Below are positions 37,039 through 49,175 of a stretch of 64,000 bases of DNA, one piece after another. The translations under genes were made by a program, and so were the position numbers. Position 1 is the first letter of the stretch. The number at the start of each line of letters is the position of its first letter. The notes under the pieces were generated by a model. That model saw only the letters and a program-made list of their open reading frames with translations. It did not search any database and was not told the origin of the DNA. Origin of the DNA: Marsupella aquatica (taxonomy: Eukaryota; Plantae; Marchantiophyta). The stretch covers positions 7,055,079 to 7,119,078 of the forward strand of contig OZ316898.1 in assembly GCA_973895155.1 (NCBI GenBank). The letters are read 5' to 3'.

Positions 37039-39594
37039 ATGGCGGGGCCTCTTACGCACAACGCCATCCAATTTCTCATCAACGGGGAAGTGGATTTGCG
37101 TCCCGTGTTGCAGGTGATGGACATCAGGCAAATCGGCAATGCGCAGAGCACGCAGGAGCGGTTCCGTCTAGTTCTATCCGACGGGGTGTTCGTGCAGCAG
37201 GCGATGCTGGCAACGCAGCTCAATGAGTATGTTAAGAGCAAGGAGGTGATCAAGGGCACCATAGTGCAGCTCGTGGAATACATTTGTAATACCGTTCAGA
37301 ATAGAAAGATCATAATAGTTCTCAACATGGAGGTTGTGCAGGCCGTAGCTGATATCATTGGGAACCCGCAGACTCTGGCTTCAGGTCCAGACCAACTCCC
37401 AAGTGGTCCTGCTCCTGGGCAATCAAGACCTCCCCAGCAGCAGCAGATTCAGAGCTCTTCGGCCACTGCTGGGAAACCCGTTCCACAGCCTCAACAATCA
37501 TCTTATCAAGCATCAGGCAATGGTTGGGATTCTAGGCAAGGAACTGGTGGAAGAATAGGAGGGACAGGGCCGCCGGTCGCCAGTGCAGGTTACGGAAATA
37601 GCGAAAATGGTGTTCATGGTGCGTATTCCGCAGCTGGAAATGGTCCCTCTCCTGGTTTCCAGGGGCAACGGCAATTGGGTATGAACGGTGGAGGTGCCCC
37701 AGCCGGAGCACCTCCGGCCGGAGGAGGAGGATTCTCTCATAACAGCAGTGCCTATGGAAGGCCCTTACCCGCATATCAACCCCCTCCAATGTACACTATG
37801 AAAGGTCCCATCTCCAGGAATGAAGCTCCAGCAAGAATTGTGCCAATTGCAGCGCTGAATCCCTACCAGGGCCGGTGGACAATCAAAGCCAGGGTGACAG
37901 CTAAAGGAGATCTTAGGCGTTACCACAATTCGAAGGGGGATGGAAAGGTTTTTTCCTTCGACTGTCTAGATGCAGAAGGAGGCGAAATTCGATGCACATG
38001 CTTCAATATTGTTGCCGATCTGTTTCATGATAAGGTTGAGGTGGGCAGAGTTTATATGATTTCGAAGGGGGCTTTGAAACCGAGTCAGAAACAGTACAAT
38101 CACTTGAAGAACGAGTGGGAAATACTGCTCGAGAATGCTTCGACCGTGGAACCCTGTATGGATGAGGACAACTCTATACCGCAGCAAGTATACGATTTCA
38201 AGCCTATCAGTGATGTCGAGAACATGGAGAACAATGCCATGGTTGATGTCGTTGGTGTCGTTCTGAACATTCAGGATACCGTACAGATCATGAGGAAGAA
38301 CGGAACCGAAGCCTTGAAACGAAATCTCGGAATGACTGACCAGTCGGGTCGCGGTGTCGAACTGACAATGTGGGGTTCATTTTGCAATAAAGAGGGGGCA
38401 GAGATACAGGAACAGATTGCTGCCGGGAAGTTCCCTATTGTGGCCATCAAGGCCGGCCGAGTCAGTGACTTCAGTGGTAAGTCGATCGGGACCCTCAATA
38501 CCTCACAGATCCTAATAAACCCAGATATTCCAGAGGTTCACAAGTTGAGGATCTGGCACAATCAAGAAGGTAAGAACGCTGTGGTGGCCTCTATATCCAA
38601 GGAAGGCGGTCCTGGGCGAAGTGAAACACGCAAGTTCGTTTCGCAGATTAAGGATGAGAACTTAGGACGGAATGACAAGCCCGACTGGATCAACGTTAGA
38701 GCTACTATATCCTTCATTAAGGCTGATAACTTTTGCTATACTGCTTGCCCTCTGAAGGTCGGGGACAAGTTGTGTCAAAAGAAAGTAACGAACAACGGAG
38801 ACGGTACTTGGCACTGTGATCGCTGCGATCAGTCAGTACCGGAGTGTGATTACAGATATTTGCTGAATATGCAGGTGCAAGACCATTCCGGTCTGACCTG
38901 GATCAGTGGGTTCCAGGAAGCTGGGGACGAGATATTCGGAGTCTCAGCCAAGGACCTGTTTATGTGGAAACAAGCTGACAATCCTAGATTTGGAGACACT
39001 GTCCAGAAAGTACTATTCTCAAGTCATCTGTTCAAGTTGAAGGTGAAAGAGGAGACGTTTCAGGATGAGCCGCGGGTGAAAAGCACCATAACCAAGTCCG
39101 AGAAGCTGAACTTTGCTACGGAGAGTAAGGTTTTGATAGATTCCATCAGGCAGTTAGAAAGAGGCGAAGTTGCAACTCAGCAAACCACAATGGGTTACAC
39201 ACCAACCGTGGCCCCTTCGTACGGTGGGGCACCCACATCGAATTATGGTAGTTCAACTTATGGCAGCAGTTACGCGGCAAACGGACAAGGGGACCTAAAT
39301 GCTGGTGGACTTGGAGGCAGCACTGGTGGCTATGGAAGCTCCAACAGTAACAACAAGTGCTACAAGTGTGGAAAAGAGGGACATTTCTCAAGCTCCTGTC
39401 CTAATGTACAGTCCAGAAATGATAGCTATCAAGGTGGAGCAGGTGGTGCAGGCGGAGGATCATGTTACAAATGTGGACAAGGGGGACACTTTGCGAGAGA
39501 CTGTCCAAGTCAAAGTGGTGGCAAAAATTTTACTAGAGGTGGTAGTGGTGGTGGTGGATTCGGGAGTTCGGGTTATGGAGGGAGGGGCTTCTGA
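37039..39594 (+). CDS. RPA1: Replication protein A 70-kDa subunit, RPA1C/E-like, 851 aa, intronless CDS
   Basis: N-terminal OB fold (PVLQVMDIR...RFRLVLSDG). DBD-A (PIAALNPYQGRWTIKARVTAKG). DBD-B. DBD-C with C4 zinc finger (YTACP...CQKK...CDRC). Gly-rich tail with two CX2CX4HX4C knuckles. Confidence 0.96.
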   Translation: MAGPLTHNAIQFLINGEVDLRPVLQVMDIRQIGNAQSTQERFRLVLSDGVFVQQAMLATQLNEYVKSKEVIKGTIVQLVEYICNTVQNRKIIIVLNMEVVQAVADIIGNPQTLASGPDQLPSGPAPGQSRPPQQQQIQSSSATAGKPVPQPQQSSYQASGNGWDSRQGTGGRIGGTGPPVASAGYGNSENGVHGAYSAAGNGPSPGFQGQRQLGMNGGGAPAGAPPAGGGGFSHNSSAYGRPLPAYQPPPMYTMKGPISRNEAPARIVPIAALNPYQGRWTIKARVTAKGDLRRYHNSKGDGKVFSFDCLDAEGGEIRCTCFNIVADLFHDKVEVGRVYMISKGALKPSQKQYNHLKNEWEILLENASTVEPCMDEDNSIPQQVYDFKPISDVENMENNAMVDVVGVVLNIQDTVQIMRKNGTEALKRNLGMTDQSGRGVELTMWGSFCNKEGAEIQEQIAAGKFPIVAIKAGRVSDFSGKSIGTLNTSQILINPDIPEVHKLRIWHNQEGKNAVVASISKEGGPGRSETRKFVSQIKDENLGRNDKPDWINVRATISFIKADNFCYTACPLKVGDKLCQKKVTNNGDGTWHCDRCDQSVPECDYRYLLNMQVQDHSGLTWISGFQEAGDEIFGVSAKDLFMWKQADNPRFGDTVQKVLFSSHLFKLKVKEETFQDEPRVKSTITKSEKLNFATESKVLIDSIRQLERGEVATQQTTMGYTPTVAPSYGGAPTSNYGSSTYGSSYAANGQGDLNAGGLGGSTGGYGSSNSNNKCYKCGKEGHFSSSCPNVQSRNDSYQGGAGGAGGGSCYKCGQGGHFARDCPSQSGGKNFTRGGSGGGGFGSSGYGGRGF

Positions 39595-41707
39595 AATTCT
39601 GCGGCCAATCACCGTTGTTTCTAGTCGCATGTCACAAGTCAAATGATCATGAGGGCTTTAAGATGGATTAGTAGTGATGGAAGGGCGTTAGAGGCACATT
39701 TGTTGCGAGGAAGAGCACGTGCGAACTTTGGGGTCGTTCTTTGAGCATCCTAGAGGAAGTTTTCTCTAATCTCCATTTTTGTAGATAACTTGGTTGTGTC
39801 TCATGTTACATGAGAAGCTGGACGATAGCTCTATTATTTTCACGAGCCCCTTTCAATGTCAATTTGATGTGCCGTTGAATATTTGACATTCGAAATGCTT
39901 AGTTCTTAGTTTTCGACGCCCAGCTGGCCTTCCTTGACAACTACAGCGTTCCCACACTTAGACCTACGAAGCTTCGGCAGGCTCAGATCTGATTTATCTT
40001 CTCAAGTAAGTCAATAACTGCTATGAGATAGAGGACTGGGTCCTCAACCGTGTGTCACAAATCCAAGTGAAGGGGAGATATTGGACAGCATTTACTTCGA
40101 ACGTTTGGTCTAGCTTGTGAAGCACAAGATGCGTATGTTGCATCGTTCAAAGGGTTTGTTTCCTCACTTTTAGCGTGTAGTGGTGGTTGAGGACAGGTGG
40201 ATGAGGGATCTGGTGCGAGCCATTGCTTACTGTAGAGCGGTACTAGTGATGATTCTTACCCGCGTGAGTAGTAAAAAGGTTAGGATAGAACACGCGTAAT
40301 GAATTTTGGTCGTGTATGTTGGGAGTTTCCAAAGGCATTTTTTCTTGATGCTTCACAGGAGTCCTTATCATTCAGCACTCTGAGGGTTGAATGGGTATCA
40401 TTGGCATAGTGTAGGTGTATATGTAGAATGCAGGAAGAACGACTAACTTAAAAAGTGGAAGTTACATCTGTCAAGCAAATGTCAGTAATTGTCTGCGTGA
40501 GCATTTGCCAGAAAAAGGGCAGAGTTAACAGCTAGATTCTTCTTATGTGTGTGCTTTATCAATGTGACTGCCATTCTCTTGTGTATGAGAATGAAAGGAT
40601 ACTCAGAATTCAAGATCCTGACAGAAACCCAGCTCCTTTCCTTGTCTCATAATGTGCCTGGTCTCATCTGCTATCTTCAAATTGCTGTGGTTTTCTTTCA
40701 GACTCGAGTTCTTACGTACCAATGTTTTCCCTTGAAAAGATGAACATTGTTCATTGTTTGTCTAACTCCACTGGTCAATTTAAACCTTGAGCGTGCCTTG
40801 GATTCACAGCTTGGCATACGGTAATTTTGTTGTCGCAATTTTTGTCGTGAATAATGATCTGCGGGTGATAAGTCCCTGTCCTCTCTGACTTGGTCATCAC
40901 TGCAGACTTCAAAGTGAATGTATAGTTCCTGGTTATTTTTTTCTCTGGAAGGCCTGGGTCATCGTTGTGCTGAGAGATGGTGATTCTGCTCGTGATCTCT
41001 TGCAAGCCTGCAGTTGTATTTGTTAGAGCCATAAGTCATGGCAGGAAGCACAGATGTCAGTACTGTTGTTCCAACCCCTCCAGGCTGACGTTCGTATTGC
41101 CACGCTAGACCAGTCAGTTAATGTATTCTAAACAAGCTTTGCCCAATTAAGAATTGTCTTAATGGCTGGCAGATGTATTTCTCTTGGTCAGACCAGTAGG
41201 GTGAAATTCGTTCTTAAAACATGTGCTTGAACTTAGCCTTGTATTGATAATTATAGTTTTACTACTCTACATGACATGAGTCCCATCTGGCCACGCAGTG
41301 CATGCCTAAAACTTCGTTCAGTTGATAACATAAGCCCCATCTTCAACTATTTGCAGAGCAGTACGAACCTGATATACAAATATTGAGTACCAGGCAATGA
41401 CACTTGCTCTCCCATTGGATGGAACCCAAGAAACCAAACTAAACAAGATACTTTGTGAAGCAATCTCAGCACGAGTACTGCAATTCATTCAATGATCTGA
41501 CCAAGCAGAGCATTTTGCACATTTGCTTGTGGAGTTAACTTCAGGAGGGCAGAGTAGGCTTGGCATTGATTTCCTTTCACCCCCTGTGGCAGCTGATCCC
41601 ACTCAGAGTACACTTCCACCACAACTACTACTATAAGGGGCTCCGGGTTACCCGGAGTCTCATACCCAAGTAGTTCCTGTGGCTGAAACATTGGGGAGCA
41701 CAGCAGC

Positions 41708-42050
41708 TGTTAGGTATTTACTCAAGGTCTAAGGTTACGGCATGTAATAGTAGTTAGACTAACCATAATCGGAGACATGGTTAGGTTAATTAGGATTCAC
41801 ACTATATGCCAAGCGGTGTTTGTTTGGATAAGTGAAACTTAGGCTCATTGTTAAGGAGCCACTTGAGATATGAAGATAACTTACACTGTGGAGACTTGGT
41901 ATGGCCGACGGACTTAGAGTTCAGTAAAGCTCTTTTGTGTGTTCCCGTGGAAGTAGCCTCGAGGAGGTGAACCACATATCTCTTGTGTCGACTACTTGCG
42001 CAGTGGATGTGTCATGTGCTTACCGTTACGAGTGTCGTCTATGCTCAACA
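41708..42050 (+). mobile_element. Solo LTR of the same copia family (343 bp)
   Basis: TGTTAGG...CTCAACA. TSD GCAGC at 41703-07 and 42051-55. The R/U5 half matches the reverse complement of the 20627 LTR. Confidence 0.93.
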
Positions 42051-43429
42051 GCAGCGACTCCCTGGAGCTGTTGGATTTGCATTGATAGCTATGCCTACCC
42101 TCAGCCATCAGATCAGATATATGGCTCAAATCATAGGTCTCGTTGAGATCTACGTCTGTGAAAAAAAGCAGGCAAAATGGTTGGAAATTTTGTGGGAAAT
42201 AACAAAAAAACAAACAAGGCAATCTGATTGGCCGAATTTGAAATTTGAATTTTGTGGGGAAGGGTCGATCTGAGCCATCTGCATTTCTTGTCTCCAGAAA
42301 TCTCATCATCATAGTGGCCAATGTATGGCTCAAAAGAAAGATCTCACAGAGATCTATGGATGGGTTTTTTCCGTTTTTGTAAATGGGCTAATATTTTTGA
42401 AATGAAAAATAAAACAAATCCAAGCCTTCCTCGCTGTCAATTTTGTTGGTTTTACAATCTTTGCCGTCTATTTTGTATTGTCTCTATAAATCTTATCCAT
42501 CCATGTTAGAAGGTGATCTAGGGTGAAAAATAAAGATCTCAATGTGATCTACGACTGGGTATTTTCTGTTTTGAAAATGAGTAAATATTTTTGAGAATAA
42601 AATTAGATGAAATTTCAAGCTTCCAGCCATTCCTCCTCCCCGATGCTGGGTTTCTGTTTGCCCTTCCCAACATTAATGGCCGTACAGTACCAATGGTCCT
42701 TATATACCGGGAGTTGCTGTTTAAAGCACCACTGTACATGACAAAACCTGGATCCACCAGGTTTCACCAATTTTAGTACCAGTTTCTTGAAATTGTGGGT
42801 CAAAGTCTCACCCTGGAGGAGAGCATTGTGAAAAGGGACAAATCTTGGACACTTCTTCTATAATATGGTCACCCCTCTTGCCACTGTGTGTCTTGGGGGG
42901 TGGGGGAGGGTCTTTAATGGAAAGCAATGCTTGGTAGTAGTGCATTTTTATCTTTCAGGTAACCATAACTTAGCATGGAGGGCAACCCATAAATGAGGGA
43001 AAACAAGCTAGGATGGACTGCTAAGTATGTTGAATTGACAACCCCCATGGACAGTAGAGTCATACAGAAAGTGGTTGAAACTAGATGAGTAGACCAGCAT
43101 TTGGATTCAAGTTCAGGGTGAACTACTCTTTGACATAGACATCAACTGGTGAGTGTTCAATACCTGGGTGAAACTGTCTTTAGGCCTTCATAACGTGCTT
43201 TCCCTAAGTCACGCAAAGTTAAGATCAAAACAAACTTAGCTTTAGAGTACGTAGAGACCAGCTTAGTCCAGCAACAGAGGAGGAAATAACCGGGGAAGGA
43301 AATAACTCACTCAGTATTTTCTGGTTTCAGCAACTTCTCCATAGATTTTGCCTTCACTAATGTTTAGCCTGTGATCAGGGTGGTCAGGCCATCCTCTCCA
43401 TTTATATGCAAACCAAACCAGATTATTTT

Positions 43430-44710
43430 GATGTTTCTAGGGAGCTGATCCAGGTTTCAGCAGTCCATTGGGGCATCATAGACAACATTGAGGTCCATCA
43501 GGGCTTTAGCTTCCATACTCCAGAGATGAAAGAACTGTTAGTAATGTTATAGACGTTTTATTTGGATGTCTCTAGGTAGTCCATCCTGGTTTCAGTAGTG
43601 TATCCAAGCATCATAGACAAGGTTGAGGTCCATCCGGGCTTAAGCTTCCACAATCCAAAGTTGAAAAGGAATTGCAAATAATGTTCTAAGAGAAAATTGT
43701 GATGTTTCTAGGCAGTCCATCCGGGTTTATGTAGTGTATCCAGGTAGCATAGACAACATTGAGGTCCATCCGGGCTTAAACTTCCACAATTAAATGATGA
43801 AAGAACTGTAAATAATTTTAAAGGAGAAATTCTTGATGTTTCTAGGCAGTTGGTCTGGGTTCAGCAGTCTATCCAGGCATCATAGACCACAATGAGGTCC
43901 ATCCGGGCTTAAGCTTCCTAACTCAGACATGAAAGAACTGTAAATAATGTTATATGCGAAACTCTTGATGTTTCTAGGCAGTCCGTCCAGCATGATAGAC
44001 CACAATGAGGTCCATCCCGGTTTAAGCTTCCCTAATCTAGAGATGAAAGGACTATAAATAATGCTATAGGTGTTGAAGTGAGAGAATGATAGAATTGATT
44101 CATGTTGGTTGAGGAGCAACCTATATACATGAGGGGTGTCCAGTTAGGACATGTGGTTAGTATAACCATGGTTATGTCTATTGGGGTTAAAACAATAGGA
44201 GAAATCTTGATGTCTCTAGGTAGTCAGTCCCGGTTTCAGCACCCTGTCCAGCCATGATAGACCACAATGCAGTCCATCTAGGCTTAAGCTTCCAGAGATG
44301 AAGGAACTTGTAACTAATGTTATAGGAGCAAATCTTGATGTTTCTAGGCACTCCTTCCAGGTTTCCTCAGTCTATCCAGGCATGATAGACCACAATGAAG
44401 TCCATCCAGGCTTAAGCTTCCACAATCATGCAATGAAACAACTGTAAGTAACGTTATAGGAGAAAATCAAGTTGTTTCAAGGCAGTCTGCCCTGGCTTCA
44501 GCAGTCTATCCAGGCATGATAGACCACAATGAGACCCATCCAAGCTTAAGCTTCCACAATCCAGGGGATGACAGAACTGTAAATAATGTTTTACGCGCAA
44601 ATCTTGATGTTTCTAGGCACTCCTTCCAGGTTTTAGCGGTCTATCCAGGCATGGTGAACGGCAATGAGGTCCATCCGGACTGGGGCTTCTATAATGCAGA
44701 GATGAGATAA
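43430..44710. repeat. Tandem repeat array, ~135-bp unit, about 9 copies
   Basis: The GATGTTTCTAGG anchor (or a close variant) recurs at 43430, 43565, 43701, 43835, 43967, 44209, 44337, 44471 and 44606. Confidence 0.95.
44071..44194. mobile_element. Very short (124 bp) solo-LTR-like insertion in the satellite
   Basis: TGTT...AACA termini with a 5-bp TSD ATAGG (44066-70, 44195-99). Removing it restores the repeat consensus AATGTTATAGGAGAAATCTTG. Confidence 0.85.
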
Positions 44711-44737
44711 TTACGAACTCTCGTGTCCCAAAGCATC

Positions 44738-44876
44738 TAGACGATTCTGGAGATTGTTTCTCGCGTCAATTGCTCGCCCACCTTTGAATGACAGCGACTC
44801 CACTCGGCAGTAATTGCATCGAACCGAAATTCGAGTTCCATCTCTGGTACACTCACGAGAGTTCTGGACAATTCGG
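44738..44876 (+). promoter_or_regulatory. Imperfect heat-shock elements upstream of the sHSP
   Basis: GACgaTTCtgGAG (44740-52) and GAGagTTCtgGACaaTTC (44857-74) are degenerate alternating nGAAn/nTTCn units 250-390 bp upstream of the ATG. Confidence 0.5.
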
Positions 44877-45125
44877 GTAGAGGCTCGCCATCCCTGAACT
44901 CAGCACTACTTAAGCCCGTAACGGTCTCCCAGCGCTCCACAGCACAACGAAACCAGTACCTTCTTGGCTGCTTTGCATTGTTGATCTCAGTGTGCACCTT
45001 CGAGTCTCGGATTCGGAGTTTCGATTGATCTACGTTTCGTCTAGTCTCGCTTGCTCACTTTTCTGAGGGAGAGGTTGTGTTTAGTGGTTCTGCTCATATC
45101 GGTAGAGAAGAGACAGATAGTCGAG

Positions 45126-46333
45126 ATGGCTTTGACGCCCTTCTTTGGCCGCAACAATCGCAGCGGCAGCATTTGGGACCCGTCCAGCATTTTCGATCCG
45201 TTGGAGCCCTTTTCGATCTTGGATAAAGGTTTCTTGGATCGATCCGTCTTCGGGCGAGATTTTCCTGGCGGCATCGCTGGTACCAGAGTGGACTGGGTGG
45301 AGACTCCCGAGGCTCACGTCTTCAAAGTCGATGTTCCCGGTAAGTAATTTGTGTCATTCAATGGGAACTTCGACGCTTGCTTCGTCGCATCCTGAACTGT
45401 GTCTGTTTAATCGAGTGGAGTAGTGAACGTATTAGGAGCAACCACATGGTTCTTTCGACCGTCTCCACTGCTTAAGTCCAATTTTCTTCCTAGCTTAGGA
45501 CTCAGCCCTTTCCTTTGGTTCCACTTAGTGAATTCCCCAACTTATTATTTCTCGTGGCACTTAGCTTTGAATTTGTACTGCTGTATTTTAGCGTGATACG
45601 ATAGCGCATGACGGGCTACATTCTTGTCGATGTCGATCCTGAACGAAATTTGAGCGACTGGTTCCGCAATTTGAGAGACGATCTCGTACTTTACACCACT
45701 CTTGTAGTCGGCGACAGGTAGATTTTGTGACCAAGTTATTCGTTCTAGCAAGTGAATTCTGCTATCGATCATCCTGTGGGGCATTCTGTGTAGGAAACAT
45801 CTCACAGTAGAGGTAGGTCTTGTTGCGAAGATAGTTAGTGTCACTACGAAATGAATTTTGCTGTCGATCATTCTGTAGGGCAGTTGTAAGGGAAAGGTCA
45901 TAGTAGAGGTAGGTTTTGTTGCCAAGAGCGGTCGTGAGATTCCGTTACTGCAGACTACGACGAACAGTCTGGACAGGCTCTGAAGTAATGGTCCAGACTA
46001 ATCGAGCTCTGCAATGCGCTGCCTGACGTGATTCTCACGAAGTTGGGCGTTTCCATTGATTCATCAGGGATGAACAAGGAGGAGGTAAAGGTCGACGTTG
46101 TGGACGGGAGGACTCTAAGCATCAGCGGTGAGCAAAAGAAGGAAAAAATCGAGGAGAAGGACTCATGGCGATGTGTGGAGCGCTCACAGGGCAAATTTTC
46201 CAGACACTTCGGGCTGCCGGAAAATGCGAAAGTGGAAGAGGTGTCTGCCAAGGTGGAGAATGGAGTTTTGACAGTGACTGTTCCGAAGGCAAAAACTGAC
46301 CCTCGAAAGGTGCGGGCGGTCGCAGTAGCCTAG
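45126..46333 (+). CDS. Cytosolic class I-like small heat-shock protein (HSP20 family), 159 aa; exons 45126-45339 and 46068-46333
   Basis: MALTPFFG...IFDP...TRVDWVETPEAHVFKVDVPG|MNKEEVKV...LSISGE...ERSQGKFSRHFGLPENAKVEEVSAKVENGVLTVTVPK. A phase-1 GT-AG intron (45340-46067) splices in frame. Confidence 0.94.
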
Positions 46334-46392
46334 GTTTGAGAGAAGTGTTGGTCTTTGCTTCGCATGTGCATATAAAGGTTTAGAACGCTGAA

Positions 46393-46650
46393 GCAAATCT
46401 CAATGGAGAAAAGACGCACACGCACTGATAGATTTCATAGGTTTCGTTCCCATAGTAATGGCCAGTCGAAGCCCAGAAAACTGTCCACCAAATAGTTTAT
46501 GCTGAAAGCCTTAATAGTTTTGGCAAATCTCAATGGAGAAAAGACGCACACACTATGATAGATTTCATATGTTTCGTTCCCATAGTATTAGCCAGTCGAA
46601 GCCCATAAAACCGTCCACTACATAGAAGATGCCGAAAGCGTTACTAAAGT
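46393..46650. repeat. 130-bp direct duplication in the sHSP 3' region
   Basis: GCAAATCTCAATGGAGAAAAGACGCACAC...GATAGATTTCATA.GTTTCGTTCCCATAGTA...GCCAGTCGAAGCCCA starts at 46393 and again at 46523. Confidence 0.9.
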
Positions 46651-49175
46651 TTAGTCAGGAGGGGTTCGACTGAGTGACTGTAAATATTCATGTTCCACCT
46701 ATGATTTCGAAAAGAAATACATAAAATACCTTTTGCTGTATTTTGCCGCAGAAATCTGTGTGTATCCACCTTTTAGTTTTGTCAGTAAGGACTGGCTGCA
46801 AACGTATTACTTTTCCACATAATTTCGAAAAGAAATGCGAAAAATCCACCTTTAGCTCCAGTACTTCGCAGCAGAATTCTGTGTGGATCCATCTTCTCTT
46901 CCAGATAAAGTTGACAATCTGTAAATGTGTCGAGACTATTCCAAAGAAGTGCTCTGAACACTTCACCGAGATTGCTCGTAAAAGCTACGGTGGCCAATCT
47001 TGCCATCTGTAAAATAACTCGGGGAAGTTGCCCATGCCCAACAAAACTTCATCCCATATGACTGACCTATTTCTTGTTTCAATATCACAGAAGGAAATGA
47101 TACTTTGATAACATGCATCAAAGTTATGATGCTCTGCATCAGAGTCGATCGTTTGTAGCAATAATTCCTCAAATTGAATTCGGAGTCTCAACTACCGAGG
47201 AAAGTAAAGCAGACTTCGAATTGCTCTCACGTGACAAATGGGGTTAGAATGGTGGATAAACAGTGTAAACACTGAGAAAATATTGAGCAAACTTCAATTA
47301 CTTTTACTCCACAGAAGGACTTAGAAATGATCACTGTCTAAGACAGTGAGCCAAAGTCCAGAATAGTGGGTTAAATCAAAAAGGACGTGGGCTGTGTAGC
47401 AGGTAGCACCTAGGCACCCATCTCTAATAGACATTCTAGTTTGAGCGCTATATAGCCTATCCAAATAGTGGGCCAAAGTCCAAGGCTAAGGGGTTCAGTA
47501 AGGACGTGAGCTATGTAGCAGGTAAAACCTAGGCACTCACCGTCTCTAACAGGCACTATACCTTGACTTGGCGGTGCAATCAAGGAGTGCCACTCTGTAT
47601 AAAATCTTATCCTCGATGTAATACACTCCATTCCACATTCTTGAGTTCTTGGAAATATTGTGTACTGAATGTACTCCGTTCTTGAGTTCTTGAAATTGTT
47701 TTACAGTATCATAGCCACTGAGCCTCATCATTGTCAATGGAACTCACACTGGAGATAACATTCACTCTCTAGAATAACTTGTACCAATTCCTCAAAGTAA
47801 TCTTTTTAAAAATTAATTCCCAAGATCTTTGAGAATTTTCGTTTGTCCTTTTGATCCACTTAAAATTGCGTATGGACCAAGTGATGTTACCGACCTACTG
47901 CCACAACTTGCTCGATAAGGAATCACTCCGCAGAGGATTGTTTGCAAGGCACATTGAAATTGAACATTTCCAAGGTTAATTGTGAAGTTGGTTGTCACTC
48001 TATTCACAGTTGTGTTCACTATAAAACTTGTTTGAATGGTGAATGTCAGAATCTGACAAATTGAAATTCATTCAAAATCTGCCTAGTTTCACCATTCTTT
48101 TACCTCCAATATACCAATTGAAATTCATTCAAAAAGCCAGAGTAAAAGGGGTGGGCTGGACCAAAAAAATGGGTGGGCACCCCAGTGGACCTAAGATAGT
48201 GGTGCCAAAAGGAACCGGAGAGGCTGGAACCCACAGCCTAAGACAAGGAAGCTAACCAGTGATTTAACTACTGAACTGAGAGTGGCACACTTGTAAGACC
48301 GGCCAGTGAATTGCAACCGGCAGGGTTCCTCACATGGGTCCATGACTGAAATTTCAGTTCCATCAGTCAGATCTGCAATGGAGTGTCTACTCCTGAGGAA
48401 AATTCATGGTGGGCGGTGAGGAACCAGGGGAACCTAACGGATCTGGTGGTGAATTTTACATAATCCTACCCAGGCACCATAATCGAAAGACATGTCATTG
48501 ATGGCATAGGAAACGTAGATTTTGAATCTATGCAAAGCAACGTTCCTAAGTAGGTAATCCCTACAAGATGCCAGGATTTGAGGATTACTCTATGCGGACC
48601 GGATCTGTTGTGCTCAATATAGCGGGAGCTACTGTTTGTCCAGATATGCAGCAAACTGTTGTTCTCAGTGTGACCATTTGCGAAGCTTTATGTTGAACAT
48701 TGAACAGAATACATGGTGAAGGCAAGTTTTCTATCAGAAAAACCATATCATGCACGGTGAAGACACGCCTCACAATCGACCTTGGAAAAGCTCAATTTCA
48801 ACGAGTTTGCATTCCATTCGGTACTCCATTCGAGATGTATTCGGTAAGTGTAGGTCGAGTGTGATCGGGAGTGTTAACTTCTGTCACATGAAAATAACAG
48901 AAGGTTCACGCGAATTCAGGTGCACGAGTCTAACGATGTCTTTAGCTTTGTACAATTTGACCGAATCACAAATTCAATCCGCCTTGCAACGAAGACACTA
49001 AAAACAGTCGAACAAGTGAAGAACGTCTTTGAAATAACTGCATCCGAGTGTTCAACCTCTTTCACTTGAAATCGCAGGCAGTTCGAGAGGTTTCGGGGTG
49101 CACATCTGTCGTGTGTGGCTGGCTTCCTTTTTCCGAAATTTCTAATTTGATAGTGTAGCTTGCTTGCTTGAATTT

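Noticed and set aside
43430-44710. CRISPR-like interpretation of the repeat array (and of the 18-bp LTR array)
   Set aside because: Whole units are repeated with no unique spacers, there are no cas genes, and the context is eukaryotic.
47232-47736. TGACA...TGTCA-bounded 505-bp segment as a solo LTR
   Set aside because: The flanks (TCACG / ATGGA) give no TSD, and there is no second copy in the window.
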